Part shown: positions 1-12,500 of the stretch, piece after piece
Layout of the letters: every line of letters starts with the position of its first letter
Numbering within the stretch: the stretch's first letter is position 1
Assembly (NCBI GenBank): GCA_002269645.1
Contig: NIVC01001359.1
Span: forward strand, 131,492 to 195,491
Direction: 5' to 3'
DNA length: 64,000 bases
Source: Macrostomum lignano
Lineage: Eukaryota
Position numbers and translations under genes: made by a program
Notes under the pieces: generated by a model
What the model saw: only the letters and a program-made list of their open reading frames with translations
Databases searched by the model: none
What the model was told of the DNA's origin: nothing

Positions 1-135
1 CATAAACTACCCTGCAGAATCGCCCAAAAAATACCCTGCAGAATCGCCCATAAACTACCCTGCAGAATCGCCCATAAACTACCCAATAGAATCGCCCATA
101 GACTACCCAATAGAATCGCCCATAGACTACCCTGG
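1..135. repeat. 24-bp minisatellite
   Basis: CATAAACTACCCTGCAGAATCGCC, about 5.5 copies. Confidence 0.9.
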
Positions 136-639
136 GTTACTGGGAAATCGCCGTAATTCCCCTTAAGAATAGTTTTTAAACTAGACTGCAATTAATCTTT
201 AAACTAGCCCAGAAAAAATGTTTCTTTTGTTTCACTAACAATCGTCCTTTTGGAATGTTTTTCTTGCTCTGTTTGTTTACTTCAAGTTCAATTTGTTTAT
301 AATTGTATTGGTTTGCTTCTTTTATTGCTTAAATTCAATGTTAATGCTGTTTCTGTTCTTTGTGTGTTCAGTTTATGTAATAAACCAAGAAAAAATTAAC
401 TCTTGCTATTTATAAGTCTTGTTGGCTAGTTCTGTATTTCATTTTCAATGCTATAATTTTTCTTGTTCATTTTTCAGTGTCTCTGACTATGCTTATTTAC
501 AATACATTCGTTTCAAAATATGAAATATAATTGAAAGATTGATTCTTTTGTTCTGTCCGTCTGACTGTGCGTTGCTTTGTTTGGTTGAAGATTAACGGTT
601 TCTTTGAAAATTATGTTATTTGCTGTGCGCCCGGTTTCA

Positions 640-845
640 CTCTGAGAATCGCCCCTAATTGGCTGAGAATCACACGTGGGTTACTCTGAGAATCGCCCTG
701 ATTAGCTGAGAATCGCCCTTGGTTGGTTGAGAATCACCCGTGGGTTACTCTGAGAATCGCCCTGCCCTGATTAGCTGAGAATCACCCGTGGATTACTCTG
801 AGAATCGCCCTGATTAGCTGAGAATCACCTGTGCTACTCCTAGAA
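640..845. repeat. Degenerate GAGAATCGCCC-core repeats
   Basis: CTGAGAATC(G/A)CCC recurs about every 20-25 bp. Confidence 0.8.
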
Positions 846-1074
846 TCTCCCCTGTTTATCAATAGTAGGCTCAGTCTGGACTCATTGCACTAGACTATCA
901 ACCTGCTGAGAATTTCTTCAGACCTCAGGTGAGAGTCTCATCCTGAAACCTGAGACCCTTATTGTGAATCGCCCCAGAATTTTACCTTTAAACCCCAGAC
1001 TCTCACCTCTGCGAATCGTTCTCAAGCTCACCCAGAGTCTTCCTCAGACTCTCATCATGAGAACCTTGAAGACT

Positions 1075-1350
1075 CACCCCTGAGAATCGTCTTCAGACTT
1101 TAACCCTGAAAATCGTCTTCAGACCTTAACCCTGAGAATCTTCCTCAGACCCTCACCCCAGAGAATCTTCCTCAGGCCCTCATCCCAGAGAATCTTCCTC
1201 AGACCCTCACCCCAGAGAATCTTCCTCAGGCCCTCATCCCAGAGAATCTTCCTCAGACCCTCATCCCAGAGAATCTTCCTCAGACCCTCACCCCAGAGAA
1301 TCTTCCTCAGACCCTCATCCCAGAGAATCTTCCTCAAGACTCTCACCCTA
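1075..1350. repeat. 27-bp minisatellite
   Basis: CAGAGAATCTTCCTCAGACCCTCACCC; explains ORF 1119-1346. Confidence 0.9.
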
Positions 1351-1420
1351 GAGAATCGTGTTAAGACTCTCGCCTCGCCTTCAACTTGTCTTTAACTTAT
1401 GCCACCCGAACCGCCTGCAG

Positions 1421-3650
1421 CTCAGCAGTCAGTGTACGGCAGTACATAAAACCGATCATGAAGGAGCTACCGGACAAGCGAGTTGACGCCAGCATTGCCT
1501 GGTACCGCCGCTTCCTAGTCTGGGTTGAGCACCGTTGGCGGGACCGCAGTCCCGGCACCCACAAACTGTTTCGCACATTTCAAACTGGCGTTGGTGGCCT
1601 AGTAACCGATTTCCAAGATTTTGTAACCGTGTGGACTCGCGTCTCGGGAGGAGGTGCTCCGTATTCTCACCTGGGCTATCGGGAGATTTCACTGCTGAGA
1701 CTGGTGCCAAAGGAGCTGGCTAGGGCCACTCCTGCACTGTGTATTTCGGCCCTGCCAGGCACCGTACTGTTTCTGCCTGTTCTGTGAGTCTGTGAGATTT
1801 TGAACCCACAATTCCAATCCCCGGAACTGTTTTGCATGTATTTCTAAATTCAAAAGTCATTCTCGCATCATACTTGGACTTAAAATGGCTGTCTCTGATA
1901 GCCAGCCAATGTAAAAAAATCTATGCAACGCCTGAAGTAATACTCAAAAAAAATAGTGCGGCTGCCGGCTGGGTTGCCGGGCAGAATAATGTCTGTCTAA
2001 ACCATGCATTGCATTGGATCCCCCGTGTCCTTTGAAACTTGTCTCTCCTCTCTCATTTTGTTTTCTGAGCTTATCTATCATCTCGTCTTCTCTCCTCTCT
2101 TCTCTCCTCTCTCTCTTCAGTCTTCTCTATTCTCTAATATCACCTCTCTTCTCTCCCCTTTCTCTTCTCTAATCTCTTATCTCTCCTCTCTTCTCTCCTC
2201 TCTCTCTTCACTAATCTCTTATCTCTCCTCTCTTCTCTCCCCTTTCTCTTCTCTAATCTCTTATCTCTCCTCTCTTCTCTCCCCTCTCTCTTCACTAATC
2301 TCTTATCTCTCCTCTCTTCTCTTTCTTCCCGTTACTCTCTCTTCTCTCCCCCCTCTCTCAGAGGAGAGAGAAAAGAGAAAAGGGAAGAGACTTGGATTTA
2401 GGAAATTTTATTAAGGTAACCTAAAACATTCACCGTCGTGAGTTTAGGGTGGGTGCAAAATATGGTGCCATTTGATTGTCTCTGTGTACAAATTTGTTCG
2501 CTATGGACTCCCAAACCACTCAGAGTTTTCATTTTTATAGGTAGAGATGATATTGATTTATGATCCCCAATCATTCAACAATTCCATTCTCATTTTCAGC
2601 TTCTACTTTCCCCGTCTGTTTCTAACCGAGCACTTCTGGACACCCGAGCAGCGCCTGGAGTTCAGCAGTGCTCAACTGCGCAGGCGCCAGTCTGAGTACA
2701 GGCATCTCATTGACGATCTGGCTTTTTTGCAGCCACAGCTGGACAGCGCCGCCTTGAGAACTCTGCTGCACAATGTCAGTCAATATCGCTTTATTGATGT
2801 TGAAATCTTATGTCGGCCTAATCCGCTTATTCCATTCAAATTTCAGATTCGAACTGGAAAGCCGAACTCGCCAGATCTCCTAGCTGGCAGTGTTGAAGCG
2901 TTTGAGCACGACTGTCTGCAGTTCGATTATCTCAGCTATAAGCACGCTGTGAGCTTTCGGACTCTCCCCAGATCCTCAGTTGCTGGGCCAGCCTTTCAGA
3001 TCCTCAGTTGCTGGGCCAGCTTCCCAGATCCTCAGTTGCTGGGCCAGCCTCCCAGATCTTCAGTTGCTGGGCCAGCCTCCCAGATCCTCAGTTGCTAGGC
3101 CAGCCTCCCAGATCCTCAGTTGCTGGGCCAGCCTCCTAAATCCTCAGTTGCTGGGCCAGCCTCCCAGATCCCCAGTTGCTGGGCCAGCCTCCCAGATCCC
3201 CAGTTGCCAGGCCACCCCAATCCCAATCAGCAGCCAGCGCATGCCCAATGGACATTCCAGATCCACCTCAGCCGAGCCAGCGGCATCTCCGCCTTCCGCC
3301 TGTACCGCGAGTACAGGCTGTGGCGCCTGGCCAAGCTGCTGTACGAAGAGGACCGGGCAGTGGAGCGGGCCAATTTCGTATTCGCCGATCCAACGAAACC
3401 CTCGGACCCGGCGGCGGAGCGCCTGCTGAGACAGCAGTTCTGCTTGGCCAGAGGCTATCAGTCTTGGAATCGGCCGGACTCCGAGGCCGACAAATTTGTA
3501 CGCCAATGGTGTCGGCTCAGCGCTGGGCTGCGCGACACAAATAATGAGAGACGGCTGGCATTCATGCTGCACCTGCCCAGCCTGATGGCATCTGTTGAGT
3601 TTGAGGACTCGCAGAAATCTGTTGACAAGAATAATGAACGGCAGAAGTAA
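1421..3650 (+). CDS. LETMD1: LETM1 domain-containing protein 1-like (5'-partial, 3 exons)
   Basis: Exons 1421-1783, 2600-2948 and 3261-3650 have AG/GT ends and consistent phases (2, 0). The spliced protein reads ...HLGYREISLLRLVPKELARATPALCISALPGTVLFLPVLFYFPRLFLTEHFWTPEQRLEF...YKHAIHLSRASGI...FCLARGY...FVRQWCRLS. As I recall it, vertebrate LETMD1 has LPYREMEHLRQF, MYLFPRQLLIRHFWTPKQQ, HVKALSRAM and CYLRGL...WLGEWLQIS. Start exon not located. Confidence 0.85.
2090..2360. repeat. CT-rich array, about 42-bp unit (LETMD1 intron)
   Basis: Repeated CTAATCTCTTATCTCTCCTCTCTTCTCTCC... Confidence 0.85.
2966..3210. repeat. 28-bp minisatellite (LETMD1 intron)
   Basis: CCCAGATCCTCAGTTGCTGGGCCAGCCT, about 8.5 copies; a related single copy lies near 5455-5500. 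Confidence 0.9.
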
Positions 3651-3734
3651 CAAATATATAAATATGTATAAATATAGAACACTTCTGACCCATTCTGATC
3701 TACTGATAATTGCCTTGGAGTGTGCTATGTGCAG

Positions 3735-4330
3735 GTGAGAATCACCACTTATCTTCTCTGTAAGAATCGCCCTTTTATCTACCCTGTAAGAATCGCCCTT
3801 TTATCTACCCTGTGAGAATCGTCCTCTTATCTGCCCTGTGAGAATCGCCCTTTTTTCTACCCTGTGAGAATCGCCCTTTTATCTGCCCTGTGAGAATCGC
3901 CCTTTTATCTACCGTGAGAATCGCCCTTTTATCTACCCTGTGAGAATCGCCCTTTTATTTACCCTGTGAGAATCGCCCTTTATCTGCCCTGTGAGAATCG
4001 CCCTTTTATCTACCCTGCGAGAATCGCCCTTTTATCTGCCCTGTGAGAATCGCCCTTTTATCTACCCTGTGAGAATCGCCCTTTTATCTGCCCTGTGAGA
4101 ATCGCCCTTTTATCTATCCTGTGAGAATCGCTCTTTTATCTACCCTGTGAGAATCGCCCTTTTATCTATCCTGTGAGAATCGCTCTTTTATCTACCGTGA
4201 GAATCGCCCTTTTATCTACCCTGTGAGAATCGCCCTTTTATCTATCCTGTGAGAATCGCCCTTTTATCTACCGTGAGAATCGCCCTTTTATCTACCCTGT
4301 GAGAATCGCCCTTTTATCTACCCTGTGGGA
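3735..4330. repeat. 26-bp minisatellite
   Basis: CTGTGAGAATCGCCCTTTTATCTACC, about 22 copies. Confidence 0.95.
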
Positions 4331-6159
4331 TATCGTCCTTGGTGATGTAGCTTGAGAATGGCCTTATTGGCTAATGTCTTCTGTCTTTGCGAACAGCATC
4401 CTGAACAGTTTCTGCTCATTATGTTTTCCTAGTTTTGCATAAAATAATGCTAGTAATTTTTCTAACCAGTCTTATCCATTGACAAGTCGCCAAGATAAAG
4501 CTTCCAAATTAATTAAGACAATAAATTTGCTTTGTTCTCTACTACAAGTAGTTAACTAGTAGTGGTGTCGCATTTTAGCTATTTTATAATTTGAAAAAAT
4601 GGTTACACAACTATTGTTTTGATATTTTATTACCTAAAAACTGTGAATAGTTTGCACTATAAAAATGAATAAAACTTGAGCTTGTGGCGTTTTGCCACCA
4701 ATTCGACCAACAGAGTACTTGTTGGCTCTGGAAAGCAAGTCAATGAGTTATTATTCGATTCATGGTTTAAGGGATACGGGCGAAGACAGACGCACACACC
4801 CACACACACACGGAGTCGAACTTGTGGACCACGTATTGTACTTTTAAGTGCGTTAAACTCAAAGTTCACAGTTCACAGTTAGATGTATGATTATGACTGT
4901 AGTTATGCCTCATACAGATGGGGTAAGAAATATGACAAACAAGTTTAGACAAAAATGGCTTCTATTTTTTTGTCATTTTGCAGTTGGTGCTCTCTAATAT
5001 TCTTAGCTGCTTTATTAGGGGTGAGCAGTTCAACCAGTATTCTGTTATACAGGCAGAGTTCAACTCCATTTGTCTATAGAATTTCTCGGACTGCAAAACT
5101 GGTTCGGAGATGAATAGAAAGGTCCGACAACTAATGCTTGGGTGCCTTGATTCTACACTTTGAGCTGCAGTTCGAATACGTCAAATGGCCCATTCTACTT
5201 CTACTTGTTTGTCGACGCTCGCGTACGCTCTGTTTAGACTTGCCTTGCCTTGTGCGCGCAAAGTGAGCGAGATTTTATTTTTAGTTTTATTTTGTAAAAA
5301 AAAGTTTTTGGGGTAAAATGTGACACAAAGCTCTTTATGATAGCAGGCACTTTGTTAAAACATTTCGTAAAACTCATTATGTACTTTTTATGATTTAACG
5401 GACTTTCTTGTTGTGACAGAGAAGGTTGGCCCTCAAGGTTGGGGGCCACCACGAGCCTCCCAAATCCTCAATTTGTCGGGCCAGCCACCCAGATCCTCAG
5501 TTGAAGTTGAAGTTTGCCATAGCCAAAACAATTGTTTCGATCTGAATAGTTTTTACAATAATTATCGGACTAAAAGTGTAACCAATGCTTTTAACTATAT
5601 ACTGTATAATTACTGCATATAATACTAAACTGAATGGCTGCTATAGTTCTTATAATAGTCGATAGTGTTGAGAGCAGGTCAATTGCAATTCAGTCTGCAG
5701 TTCCCAGCAGTCAAAAGCAGAAGGAAAGAGATGAAACGACAAACCAGTCGGGTCAGAGTAAAACGTAAACGGGCTGTCTGTCTCAGCTGGTAAAAGTCTT
5801 AATTTCTATGTGACAGGCTGTTGTTTACTATCAGATATTCATTGTTCATTTAGTTTTGAATTGCATTCATTTGCATTGTCTGCAGGGACAGATTTGTACA
5901 GCTGCTTAAACTTCGTAGCAACATGCCGAGAGCAGGTCAAAGCTCAGCGAGCGGTGGAGGGTGAGAGGTGTCGCCTTCAAAACCGGTTATAAACTTCTAT
6001 ACATAAACTCCACTCACTCAAGGCACCCGGTCGTATATTGATCGTTTGCTGCTAATTATCGTCTGTTAGCAATAAATATCTTATCTTCTCTCGGATATTA
6101 ATTGTCTCTTTTTAATACTTTGAACTATAGAGACAAAGGTATTAAGCAGTAAGTTCTAT

Positions 6160-6470
6160 TCTATCACTACAGTCCCAAATTCTGTCACTTCAGTCCTATA
6201 TGCTGTCACTTCAGTCCTAAATTCTGTCACTTCAGTCCCAAATTCTGTCACTTCAGTCCTAAATTCTGTCACTTCAGTCCTAAATTCTGTCACTTCAGTC
6301 CTAAATTCTGTCACTTCAGTCCTAAATGTTGTCACTACAGTCCCAAATTCTGTCACTTCAGTCCTAAATTCTGTCACTACAGTCCCAAATTCTGTCACTC
6401 CAGGCCCAAATTATGTCATTTCAGTCCCAAATTCTGTCACTCCAGGCCTAAATTCTGTCACTCCAGGCCA
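6160..6470. repeat. 21-bp minisatellite upstream of paralog 1
   Basis: AAATTCTGTCACTTCAGTCCT, about 14 copies. Confidence 0.95.
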
Positions 6471-6568
6471 AAATTTAAGAACCCCAGTTTGCAGCATAGT
6501 AAATGAAGCTTCCATCTCAAATGCGTAATATTTTTCTTCAAATAGTCCAGGTAACTTGCTAATCACCG

Positions 6569-9500
6569 ATGTCCGGTCCCTCTGCACCATCAAACGGCGG
6601 CGATGGTCTCGGGCCGCCCTCTTCCAACGGAGGCGGCGGCGGCTCGGTGAGTCGTCGAAGCCGGAAGATCCCCACCGACCTCCGTCTGCAGCTCAACGAT
6701 GCGGGCATCCGCAACGACGCCGAAGCGACGGCAGGCGGCAAAATCGCCTCCCGGCCCGCCTTCACCGAGGTGCAGCTCGAGGAGACTTTTCAGAACAAAA
6801 TGGAGCCAGAAGAGCAGAAGGCGCACGTGCAGAACCTCATGGACGAGCGCAAGGCGGGAAAGGAGATCAAGGACAAACGGGCCATCGCCTTGGGCATCGC
6901 CACCAAGGTGTTCCCGTGTCTGAAGGTGCTGCTGAACTACGACATCAGAGAGTATGGGCCCTACGATCTGCTATCTGGGATCAGCGTTGGATTGTTCATC
7001 ATTCCTCAGGGTGAGCTGCTTTTGAGTCTGTTGATCCTTTCTCAGGGTGAGTTGCTTTTGAGTCTGTTGATCATTCCTCAGGGTGAGCTGCTTTTGAGTC
7101 TGTTGATCATTTCTCAGGGTGAGTTGCTTTTGATTCTGTTGATCATTTCTCAGGGTGAGCTGCTTTTGAGTCTGTTGATCATTCCTCAGGGTGAGCTGCT
7201 TTTGAGTCTGTTGATCATTTCTCAGGGTGAGTTGCTTTTGATTCTGTTGATCATTTCTCAGGGTGAGCTGCTTTTGATTCTGTTGATCATTTCTCAGGGT
7301 GAGCTGCTTTTGAGTCTGCTGATCATGTCTCATGGTGAGCTGCTTTTGAGTCTGTTGATCATTTCTCAGGGTGAGTTGCTTTTGAGTCTGTTGATCATTT
7401 CTCAGGGTGAGCTGCTTTTGAGTCTGTTGATCATTTCTCAGGGTGAGCTGCTTTTGAGTCTGTTGATCATTTTTCAGAGTGAGCTGCTCAAATCTTACAT
7501 CTTGTTTTGAATCTTACAAAAGCCTCGCTGAATCTCAACTTGAATCTCCACTGAATATCGTTAAGTTTCAATCTTAAATCTCACTAAGTCTCACTCGAAA
7601 CCTCACCAAATCTCAGTTGGCTTGCTTCTCGATTTTTAGCCTGCACGGGCAAGCAGTCAAGTGCATTGTAACCTTGGATCTCCATTGCAGCCATTGCCTT
7701 CTCTCTGCTGGCCAACATGCGACCGCAGTCCGGCTTTTATTCGGCCTTTTTCGCCATGACCATCTACTTTATTCTGGGCACCTCGAGACACCTTAATTTC
7801 AGTAAGTATGGGAAGTGGCTGAGATTGTACGATATGTGGGGTGAGATCTTATGAGAGGTAAGGTCAGATTTTATGAGAGCTAGAGTGGAGTCTGCCACCA
7901 GCTTACCCGCTCCACCCTCTCCTCATTGACCCGCAGCTAGCCAGGGTGCCGTGTCTCTGCTCGTCGGCGAGGCCGTCCGTGCTGGCATCGAGCAGGTGTA
8001 CCCTAACGGCGCTGGCCTGTGCGCTACCCCGAACTCGACGACAATGGACATCAACTTCACCACGCTGGCCGGAGATGCGTTGACCACAGTGGCTGGGATT
8101 ACCACTGCAACCACAGCCTACGGAGATAGCAATACTACTGCCTTCGATAGTGAGTAGTAGTTTAGTGCTACCCAGTTAGCTGGTTGGTTAGTTTGATAGT
8201 TGGATAGTTAGCTAGTTGGATAGTTAGCTAGTTGGATAGTTAGCTAGTTGGATAGTTAGCTAGTTGGATGGTTAGCTAGTTGGATAGTTAGCTAGTTGGA
8301 TGGTTAGCTAGTTGGATGGTTAGCTAGTTGGATGGTTAGCTAGTTGGATAGTTAGCTAGTTGGATGGTTAGCTAGTTGGATAGTTAGCTAGTTGGATAGT
8401 TAGCTAGTTGGATAGTTAGCTAGTTGGATGGTTAGCTAGTTGGATAGTTAGCTAGTTGGATAGTTAGCTAGTTGGATGGTTAGCTAGTTGGATAGTTAGC
8501 TAGTTGGATGGTTAGCTAGTTGGATAGTTAGCTAGTTGGATGGTTAGCTAGTTGGATGGTTAGCTAGTTGGATGGTTAGCTAGTTGGATAGTTAGCTAGT
8601 TGGATGGTTAGCTAGTTGGATAGTTAGCTAGTTGGATGGTTAGCTAGTTGGATAGTTAGCTAGTTGGATGGTTAGCTAGTTGGATAGTTAGCTAGTTGGA
8701 TGGTTAGCTAGTTGGATAGTTAGCTAGTTGGATAGTTAGCTAGTTGGATAGTTAGCTGGTTGGATGGTTAGCTAGTTGGATAGTTAGCTAGTTTGATGGT
8801 TAGCTAGTTGGATGGTTAGCTAGTTGGATGGTTAGCTAGTTGGATAGTTAGCTAGTTGGATGGTTAGCTAGTTGGATAGTTAGCTAGTTGGATAGTTAGC
8901 TAGTTGGATAGTTAGCTGGTTGGATGGTTAGCTAGTTGGATAGTTAGCTGGTTGGATGGTTAGCTAGTTGGATAGTTAGCTGGTTGGATGGTTAGCTAGT
9001 TGGATAGTTAGCTAGTTTGATGGTTAGCTAGTTGGATGGTTAGCTAGTTGGATGGTTAGCTAGTTGGATAGTTAGCTAGTTGGATGGTTAGCTAGTTGGA
9101 TGGTTAGCTAGTTGGATAGTTAGCTAGTTGGATAGTTAGCTAGTTGGATAGTTAGCTATTTACAAAGTTATAATTCATATAGTAAGCTTCATATAGTTAG
9201 GTTACTGTTGGCTTTGACTATTTATTTAGTAAATCATCTGTCAACCAAAAGAACATCGAATATCACGCAGGTCCATGCATCAGCAGGGAGGAAGCGAACG
9301 ACAGAGTGGCCCTGAGCATCACAATGATTGCCGGTGCTCTGCAGCTTCTGCTCGGCTTGTTGCAGTTCGGCTTTCTCTCTATCTACTTGTCCGACCCGAT
9401 CAACGGAGCTTTCGCTTGCGGCGCAGCGCTGCACATTGTCAGCAGCCAGCTGGGCAACATCCTTGGTGCGCGGATTCCAACTATTAGTGGCAACGGAAAA

Positions 9501-12500
9501 TTCTTTCTGGTAAGAATTGTTTGGCGAAATGCGCTTCATGAGTCCTCGACTATTGATGTAAAGAAAAATTTGGCCAAACTAAAATTCGCTCTGAGCTCTG
9601 ATATTTGTCGTATCGCTGGTGGTGTATTCAGTACACTATAATTTGTCATAGAAAAGTTCGGTCGATTTTAAATTTTAGCTTCATTTTTACATGGGTAGGT
9701 CGAACAGGTCTTTATGCTTTGATTGAAATTTATGTAGCTTATAAAATCAATCCCCATGAAGAATATCCCCACCCTAAAACCCCTCACTTTTCATGCTCCA
9801 GTGGTTGGCTTTAAGCTTCATTTAGTTGGGTTAAAGCTACTTAAAAAATGAAGCTTAAATTTAAAATCAGCACAATAAAATACGCTTCAAAAGACGAAAT
9901 CATGATCCTTATCAAAACTAAAACTTATTTATCTTATCTACAGAAAGTTAAAGAAGTCCCTAAATGCACTGGCGATACAACGAATACACGTTCCTTACGG
10001 ACCCAAAGCTCATTTCTAAGAAAGCCGAGTTTATAGTGTCCTTATTTAGCTATCTATGAGCGGCCTTGGCTATGAGTAACTGATGCAGCAGGTATGTACG
10101 CCGTTGACGGGTGACATTGGGCTCAGGCGACCGGACAAGAGTCTCAATAAGTTCCAGGATGAAGAGTCGATCACTGGTGCAGCTTCCAACAGCTGCTTAA
10201 GAATCGGCTCAACAGCTGCACGAATGAAAAGCACACTCTGAACCTCTTTAGCACTGCATGGAGCTAATGAAGAATTTTCGAAGGGTAATAAGGGTTCATT
10301 ATGAGGGAGCCAGAGTGCTGAAAGTCCTGGCAATCCGAGCTGACCTCAGCTCTGTGCGGCATGGTCAGTGTTGGTGCTGCATGCAGCAATTCCGTCACAA
10401 AATCAAATCGACCCGGGGACTCTCTTTGCAAACTCGCAAGAGAACTCTTGGCGTCTGTGCAGCAGGTGGGTTAGAGCACAGGACGTCATGCTTTATCCAC
10501 GTGAGGACAAATGTCCCAAATCTAATTTACCGCTTTGGATGCTTAAAAGCAGGGCGTTAACCCTCGTTCACACTGCCATCTGCACCATCAAATAACACGA
10601 CTGATGTAAATATCAAATAAAAAAGTACGAGTATGTACATTTGTAACATCAAAATCGGTCTAATTTGAAGACTTTGAAAGATGCCTGAAATTTAACGCCA
10701 ACAATCTTGTAGACTGGAAGCTGCAATGTCTGGTATCCTAGCTCGTAGTATAACTTTTCAACTTTGGATTCGTCAAAAGTGAGTTCAAATTCGTCAGCGT
10801 ATGCAAAACTATATAGAGCTCAAGGGGAAGAGAATGAGTGTCTATGGTAAATTTTTAGAAAAAGTGACTTCGAATTCGTCTAAGTAAGTGAAATTCGTCA
10901 GTGCAAATGCAGCCTGATCAGAAAAAGTGTCTGCTTTGTCCATGGTAAGAAAAGAAGGTGTCTATGGTAAATTTAAGTAAGAAAGTGAGTGAATTTCTTC
11001 TGTGGAAAAGTAGCCCAATTTCTTGAAATCTTCATTTCATGCTTTGATTGTTGTCAGAGATGCCCTGCATGAGAATTTCGTCTGTGGATCGCTTTAGACT
11101 CGTGAGATGTTTTCAACAAGGACGAGACTGGAGACAACTCGCAATTGAACTGGATATCAAGAGGACAACTGCCAGTGACATCATCAGGAGATATGTTGAT
11201 GAGGGTAGGATTGATCTTAACGTGCGTGGAGGTGCAGTGAGACTTAAAGTTTTTCGAGGAGATGCTCGGGGCGTTGACGAGGTATGTGGAAGAGAAGCCG
11301 ACTGTGACCCTCAAAGAAATGCAGTAAAAGCTTGTTGCAGATTTTCCTGCTGCTCCTGCTGTGACAACGCAGGCAATCAGTCGTCGGCTTGACGGGACTT
11401 TGTGCGTTACATTGATGTTTGTTGTCATGTAGGGCATCTCTGACAAAAACCAAAGCATGAAATGAAGATTTCAATAAATTGGGCTACTTTTCCACAGAAG
11501 AAATTCACTCACTTTCTTACTTAAATTTACCATAGACAACTTCTTTTCTTACCATGGACAAAGCAGACACTTTTTCTGATCAGGCTGTATTTGCACTGAC
11601 GAATTTCACTTACTTAGACGAATTCGAAGTCACTTTGTCTAAAAATTTACCATAGACACTCATTCTCTTCCCCTTGAGCTCTATATACCTTCGAAGTCGG
11701 TAGTTTTGCATACGCTAACGAATTTGAACTCGCTTTTGACGAATCCGAAGTTGAAAAGGTATACTTGTTTAAATTAAGGGAACCTGCAGATTAAAGACCA
11801 ACTGAAGATCGCTCAGATTCTTGCTTACAAACACGCTCGTTTCTATTTCAGCACTTCATCGAGGCATTTAAGGAGATTGTAGCCTCCAGAGTGAACATTC
11901 CGACCATTCTAATATTCATTATTGCCTTCCTAGTTTTGTTGGCTGTGAAAATTATTAACGAACGCTGCATCAAGCACATTCGAATGCCAATTCCTATTGA
12001 TATTATTGTGGTAAGTCTCAATCAAAGTCGATTTTTGATAGAATAGATTTTGTATTTGGTTAGACTAAATTTAAAATTAGCAATCTTCATTAATTCTTAT
12101 TGAAGCTGATTCTGAGTCTACTCTTGTCGAAGTTTCTCTTCTGGCAGACCACCTTGAAGATTTCAACAGTTGGCGAAATACGCAAAGGGTGAGTAGCCTT
12201 CTAAAGTTACTAATAGTTAATCACTGATAGCTCGTATTCTACCCTCATTAAGGAATAAAACAAAAATTTCTCGTCTTCCAAAGTATTTACAGAATTTCGC
12301 AAACTAAATTAACGAATCGGGACATCCAAATTTGAAAATATACCGAATAAAGACTGGTTGGGCGATGGATAGCACGTGAATAATTCTGACCAAGAGACAA
12401 GAAATCATTGAATTACCACACGAGTTTTTTATGTCTGATGAGAGCAGCACCTTGCACGGATACTATATTATTTACAGTTTGGTATTTTATAGATTAAATT

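Noticed and set aside
894-928. Upstream LETMD1 exon ending at CAG|GTGAGA (929)
   Set aside because: Phase fits, but it is only 35 nt with no recognisable homology; unsupported.
6569-7510. 313-aa single-exon ORF with a Leu-rich tail
   Set aside because: It is SLC26 exon 1 reading into the intronic donor array; the spliced model fits the family. Partial use of the array is kept as a finding.
10070-10600. Overlapping short ORFs in intron 4 of paralog 1
   Set aside because: No motif recognised; possibly a decayed transposon fragment that I cannot classify.
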